55,835 bases of DNA, taken from Ancylonema sp. Lineage: Eukaryota. Where the stretch lies: contig JBFLGF010000215.1 in assembly GCA_050230475.1 (NCBI GenBank), forward strand, positions 1-55,835, given 5' to 3'. Below, in pieces: positions 1-13,627 of the stretch. The first letter of the stretch is position 1; every line of letters begins with the position of its first letter. The notes under the pieces are model-generated. The model saw only the letters and a list, made by a program, of their open reading frames with translations, was not told where the DNA came from and did not search any database. Position numbers and translations under genes: made by a program.

Positions 1-2505
1 GCCCGCAGAAGCAGTATCGTGGCTGCAAAGCAAGCTGCATCAGATGCGGACAGAGACATGTCAGACGAAGAGGAAGAAGACGAGTTTGGAGAGGAGGCCG
101 AAAGGAAAGCCAACGGGGCGGTGGTAGAAGTAGAAGAGAAGAAGGAAAAGCAGAAGAAAATGAAGAAGCCGAAAGTGACTGTGGCAGATGCCGCAGGAGC
201 AATGAACTCCAACGATCTATCTGCATTTCTATCCGAAATCTCGGTCAGTCCCCGAAACCATTACCAGTGGTTCCTCACTGACTGAACCATACAATTGCCT
301 TCGAGTATACGGCTCGACACATTGCACTTGAAAAGGTGAAATCTTGAGGATGACAGGGACAATGGAGATCGAATATCGGTTCTTATTTTTGCAGGAGTCC
401 TTTGCCGAGCTACCTGATGTACGGCTGATGAGATGCGCGGACTATTTCGCGAAGGCCTTCAGTGGAGTGACGACAGCTCATTTCTCTTTGCAAAAAATCT
501 TGAAAGATTTCTCACCACAAAAAGCTGTAGAGGTAAGAGAAGCTGCGTGAGGCCGCATTGTTAGCAGCCATGGGCTGTCCTCCTCGATTGTGGTTCTGTG
601 GCATGTCATGATGTCCTCTCGATGTTCGCAAATTTGCTGCTCTGAGCCCTCGGAGACGTCAGGCGAGGTTCCCACTGACTCAAATCGCTTGCATCTGCTG
701 TGCCGGCATCATTATCGGGGAAAATGTCAAATGACGTGTATGTATGCATTACAGCTGCAAAAGAGATATGTGATAGAGCAATACCTTTTCTGGGTATAAA
801 TAGCGTTTCATGGCATACATACACACTTATCCTCACTCCCACTCACTTTTACACTGACTGAGGCTGCCGAACCTGTGTCGGTTCAGGTGCCTCTAACAGA
901 CGTCCCCGATGTCATTGTAGCGACAGCTTCTGATTGGTTGGCCACCCAGCCAGCAGAAGCGATCGGGAACTTTCTTCTCCTTCTTCTCAAAGAAATCATG
1001 GACGATTTCCAGGCCTTGGGGGGGGGTCAGAAAGGTTCAGGAGGAGGAGGAGGGCAGGGGGGTGTGGTGAGCAAATCCAAGGTTGGGCTCCTGGTTGTGC
1101 TGGCCATTCTGCTGCGCAACCAACCTCAAGTCATGGCTGAGCAGGCAGAGAGGCTCCACACTCTGCCCCACTTCACATCCCAGGCGAAGCTGCCCCTGCT
1201 GGTGTGGGCATGCGGCCAGGTGGCAGCCGTAGACTTGATCTTGGGAATGTGGCTGTGGGTCCGCACGCTTCTACCTCTGGCAGTAGGGCCCAAAACCAAC
1301 CCCCTGGCAAGAGATTTGGCCCTCACCTTCCTCGAGAGGTGAGCACCGCGACCAGAGGCTGAGAGGCTGAGAGGCTGAGCAGATGCTGTGGGGTGGTGCA
1401 GTGTGCTGTGCAAGAACCTGACCAAGGCCAGGTCGACGCTCATCAACGGAGCCAGTAAGAAGGGGGAGAGGGTGGTGCCGCCCGCTGCTCTGGTGGCAGT
1501 GATGCGTGCCGCTTTCCCCCCACAATCCGGCCGGACAAAGGTACAGAGAAGGGCTGCCGCAGGTGCCTGTAATGCTCCACGTCTTACAGTCCATGTCTTA
1601 TGGTCTGATGCAGGCTACGGAGCGGTTCAGTGCAGCGTATGCGTTGGTGAAAGCCGTGGCGTTGGCGGGGTCCTCCCAGACTAAATCCACGAAAGTGGCA
1701 GCTCTGCAGCTCCTGCCGCTCAGCTTGAAGGTGGCCGGGGAAGGTCAGTGGCTTCTCTCATCTCTTTTCTCGCGGCAGGCCTCAATGTCGGGACCAGGTT
1801 CCGACGCCTCGGCAAAAATGTGGGGTGGCAGAACCGACAGAGTTGGCAGAAGAGGGTTGTGCCTTGTTCCTTTGGTGCCTATCACATAATCCGGATTGCT
1901 ACAGCCAATGGGTGCGCACCAACCTCACTCTTGGATGGGGGCAGCGCCTCTCTACCCGTCGGTTTGTTTGAAAAACGTTGTTACCTGGCCGTGGGTTGGG
2001 TTCAGGCTGAGCTCCATACAGAACAACTGCAGGGGAGCGCCAAGGTGTTGGCGTACATGGTTCGAGAGTGGAAGGGCAGGAGTGGGCAGCTCGTGCCTTT
2101 GGATGACTTGCGCAAGTGCGTCAGAACTCTGAGGCGGAAGGTGAGAGCCTTGGGAGCCTATGGGGAGTCTGAGGCGAGTCGTTGTGGGTGAGTCATTGCA
2201 GGGGGTGTTTTATGTTGGGGGATGTACAGCACCAGGACGGGTTGCGGTCGTCGGGTGGGGATTCAAACAAGTTAGAAAAGGAAGTTGATGCTCTTTGCAT
2301 CGCGTTGAGTCGGAAAGCCTCGTCCTCCTCCACGTGCTTTAGAAGTGGAGGGGTGGTCGTCGCGGCCGTAGCCATGGTCTATGGCTTCTACCACTTGAAT
2401 CCTAGAAACAATCCTTGGGGTTGGGATGGGGGCTTCATACTGAGCCAAACGCACCCCATAGAGGAGATGTACAGTCGGGTGGTTAGCCTGTTCCGAGCCG
2501 ACTAA
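1..2505 (+). CDS. TMEM214-like membrane protein, multi-exon, 5' end probably outside the window
   Basis: Exons join in frame through GT-AG introns (e.g. ..243, 395-532, 888-1338, 1402-1540, then four more exons to TAA at 2503-2505). Motifs RLMRCADYFAKAFSGV, KLPLLVWACGQ...DLILGMWLW, KKGERVVPP and FLWCLSHNPDCYSQW plus a C-terminal hydrophobic helix match plant TMEM214-like proteins. Confidence 0.85.
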
Positions 2506-2738
2506 GGTGTGGCCACACTAAGTCCCGGCGTGAATGAGGACATGGCATGTGAAAGGGACTTATCCAATTTTGAGCCAGGTCGGGACAAAGGTCATCGCTG
2601 TACTGTGGAATCTTTTTCGAAAGTGATGTGAATGCCCAAGAATGTGTGAAGATGCAAAGTGTGGTCCTCGTACAATGCATAATCAAATCCACTTGGTGGT
2701 GACTAAAATGCAAATAAAAAATATATTGTAATATATCG

Positions 2739-3039
<301 letters not shown>

Positions 3040-4376
3040 TACATACTATTACTTAACCCGACTTAAATAAAACCCGACTTAAATGAAACATATCATTCGA
3101 TATATTTATATTTGGTATATGTATAATCATCGCAATGTATTTATGTTGTTATGCAATTGTACTGGTTACCGGGATCAAACTTTTTGTGTTCTAGAACGAA
3201 AATAAGTGAAAGTATCCTTCACATCCTTCATACGTTATGTGTTGTGTACAAATACAGCCATGCACACATATTTGTACTTGTGGGTGCAGTCGTAGGTATC
3301 GGGCCAATAACTGTGCGAGGGTGTGCGCTAGTGGGTGGGTTGAGAATGGGGTGCGCACGTCACGTGTATCAACAATCGTGTGTATTTACAGTATTGCGCA
3401 TGTTGGCTCAACCAACAATTCAACACTCAAGGACTTGTGTTGCATGAAATGAATGCCACTATGGACTACGCGAAGGCTGAATATGATCATGCTTTGATCA
3501 GTGTATGCGCGTGTAATTGTTCCTTCGATTGTGATTGCCTACTCATCCATTTAATAAAAAATGAAAAATAAAAATAGATGTATATCACAATGAATGATTC
3601 CATCGGTACCCACACTTCTTGAAACTCACCAGTCGGAGTGCATGACAACGACGACCAATTTTATGCCACGTCCATGTATCAGCGTTGGCAACCGACATTA
3701 GGCAAGAGGTGCTAGTTTCCAGAATTAGTGTGGATTCGGGACTTGTTGGAATACTCATGCCAGCTGTTATATGCTACCTTGTTCTATTGGCACTTGTGGC
3801 ATAAAAAAATAAAAATCTTTTTATGTGTCACACTACCATGCAGTCGTATAACCTCCGGAGCATGAATGTCGGTTTTGTTTGTGTGTGTGTGTCCCTCATA
3901 CTTGCTTACCTTCACATATCTGTATCGCACATATTTTTACAAGCAGTGGCAAAACTCCGTTGTAGTGCGAATGTTGGTTGATTACCACACAACTAGTGCA
4001 TTCTTTACGGAAATTATTACGAATTTTGTTTATACTGATTGTTCGTTCATTATTCGTTTTCTAATTGTTCTCATTTCCAACTAATGCATTGGGCATTCCA
4101 ATGCCGAGCTCGGAAATGACGACAAACCATAGTCCAGGTACGCCCCAACATTATGCGCAACCCCAAATCGTGTGAAGTTGGGGTTTGGGGGTGGAGGGTT
4201 GAGGGTTGGAGCCACCCTCAAACCCTTTTGCAGCCCTTCCCCAACCCCCAACCCCAGGCTGGGGGGGTTGGAAGGGGTTGGGAAATTTATTTAAAATCTT
4301 GAATACATTTCTCTTCTCAAGATAAAATCGAGCATACCTCATTATCCCGAGTGAAGTGCGCAAGATTGTGTCCACG

Positions 4377-4452
4377 CATGTCAAACATGTCACACATGCC
4401 ACACATGTCACACATGTCACACATGTCACACATGTCACACATGTCACACATG
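4377..4452. repeat. 9-bp tandem repeat (CATGTCACA)n, about 8 copies
   Basis: Directly visible; source of the TCVTCV/SHMSHM spurious ORFs. Confidence 0.95.
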
Positions 4453-5113
4453 AGAGATAATCATTGGTATCCGATGACATATTATTCAGTTAATTTCGAA
4501 CGTGATGAGGTCCACTCAGCCTGCGACCAGCCCGGGATGGACCGCCCAGTCCAGGCTGGGTATTCACAGTTCGGGTACAACATCTCCCCACGCTGGCAGA
4601 GTCGGAATTCATCGACTCGGGTTTTATGCCCTTGTTGACATGGTCGGGGAAACAGGCTGGTGGAGTGCATCTTGGCAAATATCGATATTATTTGCCGATT
4701 GATTTTCGATATGGCTTTTGTGACTGTATGCTTGCCGTCCAAACGCGTCGCTCATTTCCTTGTCACACCCAAACACCTCCATAGCTTCGGTCAATGACGA
4801 CTAGGCCTTGAGATCACCTTGCCGAACAAAACTCCAGCCATCATCATTTTGCACATGATGATGGAGAGTTTCACAATATTGGTTTCACAATGTGTCATAT
4901 CACATACTTGAGCATCCACACATATCTGTGTGCATGCTAGTTGTTGCACTAGACGAGCAGGTGTGAAGAGACACGCACGCGTGAGTGTTTGTCGAAGCGA
5001 TGACTTTGCACGTGTAGTGGGCATAATACTAGATAGCGCTAGATAGCATAAGTAATTAGCGAAGACTGATGTTTTCTTACTTGATTGATCGCCAAAAAAG
5101 GTCTCTCACACTC

Positions 5114-6603
5114 TCACCCGAATATAACATCAGAGCGTAGCACGTATTTAATTCCCTTCAAGACCTCTTTTGCTTGATGCGTCAAACAACGGCTTCCGTG
5201 TATATGAAGCAAAGCAGTTCCGGCAATCGGCCGTACGCTCTCTAGTAAGGATTCATGATCATCGTAGAAGCACGTTTCGCCTCCCTCTAGGGTCTCCTCG
5301 CCTTCCAAGACAGGTAGCACTCCCCCGGTGAGGTAAACAAGCATCGTGTACTCCGTTCGTTTGCCCCTTCCTTGCGGTATGCTTTCATCGATATGCTGCA
5401 CTCCGGAGAGAAGAGACAAGAGACGTGAGACATGGACGTGATGAGCTGTTCATGACATGACACACTATTTTCTGGTCGAAGAAAGTTCAGTGAAGAGGCC
5501 AGAGCACTTGTACAAGACGCAAGAGCATCACCGAATCCAATACAAGCAGAATAATGAGGAACGATGGCCTAGATTTGATCAGTTGCGAAGGGCTCTGAAA
5601 TTGTTTGGGTTCCAAAAGCCCCATTGTTCTCAACTCCCAAAAGTCCAACGTCACGTTCTTCGTAAAGCTGCACGCAGATTCGGTTCTCACTTTTCCACAG
5701 TGTTGCCCCGGATGGTAGCAGTAGATGCGTATGTGGGGATTCAATCCCACGGCTTTCCTCCCACCCACACCTCCAACTTTCTGCACCACCCCCACAAACA
5801 CTTCTTCTTCAAACACGTCTAAATGCTATCAGAATTCCTACACCACAAGCTCAGGTGCAGGTAGATCGCAGGGGGGAGAATAAAGTACCGTAGATCACGA
5901 TTCATTTTTCGTGTTACGCACGCAGGTGATGCTTTGCTAAATTATGAGATGACAATCGGTAGTGACCATATATACATGTATGTGTATGCACACCACCACA
6001 TCAATATTTTCTCATATCAACCATTATTTCTTCCTCTATTGCTGCCCTAGCTTTTCACGTTATCTGTAAATGCTCACTAAACATGGTCCGCATTTGCCGT
6101 TTGTGTCCTCAAATGGCTCGAGGCTAGACGAGTGCACACAGGTCTAGCGTAGATGCGACGAATCCGATACCTCAAAGATGGCCTCCACTCCCCCCTTCCA
6201 CAATCGGAGAGCCAATTGTGGGTCTGTCACAGACGCTCCCTCGTTGTCTCTCAAGGCTTCCCCAAAGGCTGGGCCTCTGCTGCTGCGATGTATCCATTCT
6301 GCAGAACACCCTCACCCCATCCCTCCAATGAATACTCGGAATAAGTCCCCCGCCTCCCGACTCTGACACGCACACTGCTAGAAACATCCCTCCACACATC
6401 GCACACCTGGCTGGAAAACAGCTGCAGGGCTGGTTATGTAGAAAAGCCACAAATTCGAGTGCAGCGATTCTGGTCAAGAATCGAATTGGAATTTTCCAGG
6501 GTTGTGCACCGAGCCTTGCATCTGCCACTGTCACAGTCACATACATCATATATCCATGCATGTACATGCGTATGTATATATATATATATATATATATATG
6601 TAC

Positions 6604-6687
<84 letters not shown>

Positions 6688-7370
6688 GTATTCACGTAAT
6701 TCAAAGTCAATGAATATGGCAGGATCAATGCGGAGGTGTGTGTTCGAGTCCATCTGATTTCTCCTTGTGTCGCTGAACGAATGCCAGATAAGCCCAGCAC
6801 TCCACCTGGCAGAGGCAGGTTTGAGTATCGAATGATAAGCACTGGTTTCGGCAGTGATAATGCGCACATCTGCCTCATCTTTGGTGTGATCGCTCCTAAG
6901 CATTGTGCAGCCTCTATGAAGGCTTTGCATTCGCTGCGAGATAACAAATCTTTGACGGTGAACAGACTCCAGGCCCGCAAACGAGTCGCTTCCAAAGATT
7001 GCTGTCATGGGAGGCAGAGAAAAGAAGAACACAACTCAGCGCACAGCTCCCATTCATGCTGCCAATCTACATTTTGATTCCGCAATTCATAATACCATCT
7101 GCAAGATTTCACAGCGAAAAAATTCCGATTGTTTGTTTTTTTCACGGATTTTATAAAAAGTCCCAGCTCAAGCTTGATCTCTTAAATAGACCATAAAGAA
7201 ATGGAGCCTATATCAGGCATTTAACATTCGACAGCCTGAGCCCACAAGGTCTAAGACCACGTTGAAGCTGGAGTCCCTCCCAGGCATCTGAGAAGGTGAC
7301 CTCACGTTTGGAGTTATATGGGGCCATGTGATAGTTGTGCCTTCTAGACGGACCTTTGTGCTTGATCTCT
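5114..7370 (-). CDS. 2-oxoglutarate/Fe(II)-dependent oxygenase, prolyl-4-hydroxylase-like (AT5G51880 type); start codon unresolved
   Basis: Exons ~7370-7306, 7001-6896 (or to 6806), 6298-6171, 5780-5691, 5395-5114 give [92 protein letters not shown]. The HxD...H triad and RxD are retained. Confidence 0.85.
6575..6689. repeat. (TA)n microsatellite, intronic
   Basis: Directly visible. Confidence 0.97.
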
Positions 7371-8448
7371 CTGAACAGAAAAGGAACACAAAGCCGATGA
7401 AATGACCAATTCTACCGATGGATGAGATGCAACGACTTCGTGTCTATGACATCGGGTTATTTTAAACATACATTGATCTGATCAGGTGATCATGCTCTTG
7501 ATTCGGGACAAGACAGTCTGCATCGCTTACGCAGAGATCTCTCATTGTCAACATTTGTAGACTGCATATTCTGAATAGAATTACGGGGGAACTTGATTTT
7601 AAGAATGCCGCCGGAACGGCCTTCTAGATACTATGAATGAAAGCATTACAGGACTTTACAGAGACTCTGAGCTTTCAAGTGATCCTTTACTTACTGTCGT
7701 GTTGATCGAATTGTGCACCGCCCCTCTGTCTTCCACCCGCGCTTACCGCGTTAAATTTGAGTTTGGTCATCAATGGTTTGTCTGCTATGGAAAACTGAGG
7801 GAGTGATTGCAACAAATGACCAAGACCGGTGGCGGATATTGCGGGCTGCGGCAGAGAGCTCGGCTGCGACGTAAAGTTGATATCAATGATGGAGGTGGAA
7901 CCCTTGAAATGACCAAGTCTACCGTCGTGCAAGTTGCTTGCAAGCGACATCGGCGTGCAGTGTATCATCTGCTCTCTGTTGTTGTTGTGTCCACAGGTGT
8001 CCTGACTTGTCGCCTGAGCGCGACTGAGCGTGGCTGTCAGTCGGCGTTTGCGCCTTTCGAGCAAAAAGCGAGGAAAGTCTCCACCACGTGGTGGCCTCTT
8101 TGACATTCAAAAGTACGTCAATCGCCAGCGTGGCGACACCTCGTTCTGTTTGGCGACCAACTTCACTGTCAGATAAATCAAACGAATCCGCCGTAATCTC
8201 GATCCTTGTATACCGATGACACTGATGTATACCGGTAAGTCTTGCAGAGCCACGTGAAGATCCTGTGGCTCTCATTGGGCGTGTGAAAAGTGGAACATCT
8301 GGCACGTGATTTGTCCCTCTGCTCCGTCCCCCTCAAGCTCTGAGCCGGGTCGCATGGTACCACACACTACAGGGTGATTCATTGCTTGGCCGTGCCCCCA
8401 TGAACACCATAACGAGCTTGCTTGCAGGTACCAAACAGCACGCATCAC

Positions 8449-10184
8449 ATGTCTTCTGCGCAATGGTTTAACGAGCCTGCTACGTGGCACAAGGAGAAGG
8501 ATGGCAGCCTTGTCGTGCAGTCGCTCCCGGGGACAGATTTTTTGCAGAAAACATATTACGGTTTTGTGCACGATAATGGAAGCATTTTCTACACCGAAAT
8601 GACGGAGGACTTCACAGTAGACGTCAAAATCGTTGGAAAGTAGGTTTCACATGCTCGGTCAGCGAAATGTGACACACAACCGCTTTCCTTAAATAACACT
8701 GATGCATCTACTTTATGCATTTATTGTGCATATTGTGTTGGAAAAAAAAATGAGGCAGAAATGTAAGGCTCTCCTTTTTCCTTCGGCTAGGCCTTCCTTG
8801 GCTTCGTCTCCCCGACTCCGTGAACTGAGCGTACAACGAAGGTCATCGCCATCTTGCCTAGCATCACGAGACTGTCTTGTTGAACACAGCTTTGCGACAT
8901 GCACTTTCCAGCCTTCAGAACGTATGTTAAGCAGAAAACAGGGGCGTGTAAAATGTATATGGGTCATACTTTAGTTATCCTCCTGTGATGTGGAATAGAA
9001 AGTCAGCGAAAGCCTTCAGTTGCTGCGGCTGAATGTTTTTTGTCAGATTGATGGAAGATAAGGACAGTTGATTCACCTCCAATAATCTCACGGTCATTTT
9101 TTATGTTTCTGCAGGTACAAAGATTTGTACGACCAAGCAGGATTGATGATGCGTTTAGATGCGGACACCTGGCTCAAGTGCGGGGTGGAGTACGTCACTG
9201 GAAGTAAAGTGGTCACAACAGGTGGTCAACAGGTGGGGTGTCACCCGAACCCTTTGTCAAGCGTGGTTCCTACCTTTTCCGACTGTGACTTGCATCATGT
9301 ACCATTCAGACCTCTTGATCTCAGGCGCATTGACGTTCCACATGCGCAATGATGAAAAAGTATTGAGTCTGAATTTGAATCTCCGAGGTCCCATTTCTCG
9401 TGAAATCAGACTCTGGGGATGAGCCATACCCTTGTCATACTGCAGGCTAGTGTTGTAGTGACGCGTGGCGGCTTCTCTGATTGGTCCGTGGTAGGATTGA
9501 CAGCTGACCCTCCTGCCACTTGGATCAGGTAATGAACAAGCTCGCAGTGTATATTCCATGTCTAACGTATCGGGCATTCCCCCGAGTTTAGATTTGGGCC
9601 ACACCGACATTGAAGTGTACTTTACATTCTTCTACACTTCCAACAAGCATCTCGACTGATGTCTCATTTGCTTTATGCGTCCATGAATAGAGGCTTTGGC
9701 ACGTCTTCTTTTCGATTATCAAATCGCTTGTTTAATGGCCTGTGGTTGCGGATTTGTGTTCGGTGATTCTGTTATGTTCAGTGTCATCTCTGCTTCAAAC
9801 GGGTGCTGACTATGAGCTGTGATTCATTTTAATAGTTAGTGTCAGAACAAACAATGGCTGCAACTCATTGTCTTCAACGTCTCCACCAATTTTTGGGGTG
9901 AGCCTGCCGAGTTTGCAAGCTGTATATGCATGGAATCGAATCATGTGCAACCACTCAATTCTGTTCTATATTTGGCTATGAATTTCTGGACTTGCAGATC
10001 CACAAGGCAAAAAGACGCCGTCACTGTATCCTTCTCCCTTGACGGTGAAGTTTTCACAATATTAAGAGTTGCCCACCTTCCTCCAGGCATCCCTCTGAAA
10101 GTTGGGCCCCTGGTGTCCTCTCCAGAAGGCCAGGGGTGTGATGCAACCTTTTCGGATTACAAGGTGACGATATTGGAGAGTTGA
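8449..10184 (+). CDS. DUF1349 / Ree1-like concanavalin-A-fold protein, 4 exons
   Basis: Exons 8449-8639, 9115-9232, 9446-9528, 9998-10184 join in frame through GT-AG introns: WFNEP..TDFLQKTYYGFVHDNG..YDQAGLMMRLDADTWLKCGVEY..SVVVTRGGFSDWS..LRVAHLP..VGPLVSSPEGQG. Confidence 0.88.
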
Positions 10185-10677
10185 ATACTTCTTAAGTTAT
10201 ATCTCTAGCAGCGTGACCATATCCTCTCATATAGGGAATTGTACTACTGGATCGGCAAATTATATATTATGCGTGTTGCCCGCATTGTCCAACCGAATCA
10301 TGTCCATAAGCTTCTGGCTCCTAACATGTCATCCGTCTCCATGTAGATATGTATAAATGTATACCAATTTGGCAATGGATAAGAATATTTATCTTGTACT
10401 TTCAGTGGGCTTTGAATGTTCAATCATTGCAAGTGCATGCCTCCTTTCAACAACATATATAGAGGCAAGACATACATATTTACAGATGCACATACAAAAT
10501 ACCACCAATAACCTACATTGCCTATGATGAGCACGGCTGCCAATTCCAAACTGAGCGGATAAGACGAGGTCGAAATGCCTTGCACATGTCCGCACAATGT
10601 GATAAGATCCACGATGGTTGTTGCGAAAACAATCATGTGTGCTTCCCGCTTAACATTGTTCAAGGAGCTCAAGGAGC

Positions 10678-13040
10678 TCACACTGGGCCTTGGTGTAAGG
10701 GCCTCTGCCGTTGTTCTCGCTCTCTTGCTATGGAATCCCTGAGGACGGCATTCGTGTCATTCAGCTCACTCACCTCTGCTTCACACTCGGTCGTCAAGTG
10801 GCACAATCTGGGTGCTTCAACAGATTGTGTATCGCTACATAGCCGAAACTTCGAAAGCTCCGAATGGCTAAGTCTGATTGACTCCAGGTGCTGCAACAGC
10901 TGTTGGTAAAAGGAGGAAACATTACCTCACTTGCTTTCAACAGAAAGAGAGCAGGATACGGAGGTGGTTTTCTTCACTCTTCTGCGTCTAAGGGGATCGG
11001 CGTTGTCTTAATTGGATACATTCTGCTTTACGCTTCATCGTGACATGTCCTATCTCGAGCACAACCGTGGAAGCCAAAATTCTCAGAACGCTATAACCGG
11101 TTTTTCACATACATGAAACGACATATACCACATACCATATATCAACTACATACCATATATCAACCACATACCAAGTACCTTACACCATGTGCCTCATGCT
11201 GTTCATCTCCTCGATACATTGTACAACACAATATTATTACATTGCGTAAATGTTGGATGGTTGGATGACAGGTTGGATGACAGGTTGGATGACAGGTTGG
11301 ATGACAGGTTGGATGACAGGTTGGATGAGCCCTTGATCTGTAGATTCCAAGATTGCACAAAATGTAGAAAGGGAGATTCCTATTCATGCAGTTAGGCATA
11401 GAGAAGTGATCATACGTGTATGGGTTTTTATTTTGGAATATTATTGCAGAATTAAAACCCAGGCAGGCAGGAAGATATTGACTTGCCTGCTTTAGAGCTA
11501 CCAGCTTTTCCAGTGCCTCATTGGCTGCTGGCCCGAGCTCTAGCATCTTTGGTGACTGGACGGATGCGATCCAAGGGCGCAAGTCCTGGAAAAACGTCAA
11601 ACAGTCGCCATCAACATTGTAGCCTTATATCTATATTCATAATGCGCGAGTGATGTGACGAGTCAAAGATGTAAGCCTCCTCTGTTTTTCTGCTCCTTCC
11701 TGGAAACTTCTTTGAGATCTGATGTGAGACATCACGTCAGATGACTTCAGCAAGCCACATGTCTTCCACAGACTTGTATGGGTGGACAGGGACCTGACTT
11801 TTACGACTCAAGAGCCTTGTCGCGGCTTGCAATTTCGTACTCATATTTTGTGTCTGTATCTTTCAGAGATGTCATACAGGGCATGGTTGCATTTTGCAAC
11901 CCATTTTGGCCCGACGTTGTTGTACGTGCATGGCACCAATCACCTCTGACTCTCTTGCCAACGGAGTTTCGCTTTCTTCATTTGGTTTGGAATGGCTGTA
12001 ATGGACCGGTTAACCTGCCTTCTCGTCATCCTACGGAAGCACAAGATTTGTACCCCCTTCTCAGGAAAGCCCTTGCAGTCGTCCGTATGATGATTTAGCT
12101 CACCAAGAGTGTCCTGACATGTGTTCTGTGGCGCAAACTTTACAGATGAAGCAGACTGATGAACACTTCCATCCTCCCACACCATGATCCATGATCCATG
12201 ATGAGATTGCCTCACCGCTTCATAGACAACATTCAGTGCTCGGGCCTCTTGCGATAGCTCTTTCAATTTTATCACCAAGTCGCTGCTACTGGCATTGTAT
12301 TCGTTCGCATCGTCCACCTGCACCCTGAGAAAGCTTTAGTTGACAATAGTGTCATCCAATAGTTTCAGAGTGCCGACTGCAGCAATTTGCTGATGAAAGA
12401 AAATGAGCTGTTTACATGCTCGTCCCATGCATTTCGTAGTCTCCAGCTCCGAGATTGAACGAACCTGAGCTTCTGGCATGACAGACAGTCTTTTCTGAAA
12501 TTCTTCAGCCTGGTTTTGGCAGAGACTAGTGGTAGAGATGATGCTGTTCACAGACGGCCTGAAGAAAAGGAGGGCAACAGAGCAGAGTGAGTACCTAAGG
12601 TGAAAGCACATCTCTCGTTGGCACCAGACGGACCTGGTCCTGAATGGAAATTGCGACGCGAGCCGACAAATAACGAAATAGGATATGTCTATACATACAA
12701 GTCTATATATACAAGTTTACGAGCATATTTCATCAGGACGATATGGATGTTTCCAAAAACCTGCAGCTGGCTGATTGCCGACAACCAACTGCCGAAAATG
12801 GATTCAGCTTTTTTAAAATATTGAACGCCAGTACTACGTTTTGTGGATTCGATTTGAGATAGAGTCTCACACTGCTGCGGCAAATTGGAACTTGAGATCT
12901 GGAGGGAACAACTCGATTTTAGGAGAAAACACCAGGCTCTGCTGCCTAGCTATTGAAGTCAATAAATCGAAGTCGGCACGACCTCGCTCCAGCTTTTGAT
13001 CGAATTCGGCAGGAAACTCGAACAGCTCTGAGGTGCCCAT
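10678..13040 (-). CDS. AUG7: Augmin subunit 7 (AUG7/HAUS7)-like, divergent, apparently lacking the N-terminal part
   Basis: Five exons give DFDLLTSIARQQSLVFSPKIELFPPDL..ARALNVVYEADLRPW..ELGPAANEALE..LLQHLESIRLSH..ECEAEVSELNDTNAVLRDSIARE, colinear with the C-terminal two thirds of plant AUG7. The last intron (11486-10900) is GC-AG. Confidence 0.75.
11259..11328. repeat. 12-bp tandem repeat (GGTTGGATGACA)n, intronic
   Basis: Directly visible, about 5.5 copies. Confidence 0.95.
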
Positions 13041-13627
13041 GTATAATTTGAGCTCTAATTTACGCGGTGATTATTCGATGCCCAAACAACTGAACGTACA
13101 GCAGCTACTGTCGCAACGAAGCACGCAGCGCAGTGCAAGTTGTGATTTTTCCCGCAGCGGTGTCTCCGAGTCCTGAATTGGAATGGCGATCAGCAGCACG
13201 TGTGCTTACACGATCGCGGCAGAAGTGTGTCAAAAGTGTGCTTCATCTTCCAAAAAAGATTCAGACAGGCATTTCTGTGGACTGGGGGTAGGTGTTGTCT
13301 AAAGCGGCTCCATCCAATGAGTGATTAGATGGTTTATCGGCGGAACCAGAAAGTACATTTATTTAATAAAATTCTGTCCCGGTTTTGTCCACACATTTGC
13401 AGTCGATGTCCCCGGTGGAGAGCTTGTTGGATCGGATCGACAATTATGCCAGTTGTCCTGGTCCTGTGGAGTCCAGTCTTCCAGAGAACCAGTTAAAAGT
13501 TATTTGATGAATTTTGATTGGTTCCAATAACGCGACGCAACTTATTGCAAGTCAAATATGAATCAATACTCATATTGGACTAGCCAAACTCTGGAGTGAA
13601 GTATCGTAGCTAGATCCATTGTACAAG

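Noticed and set aside
7687..8305. ORFs between the oxygenase and DUF1349 genes as separate genes
   Set aside because: No recognisable motifs. They may be UTR, promoter or unassigned first exons.
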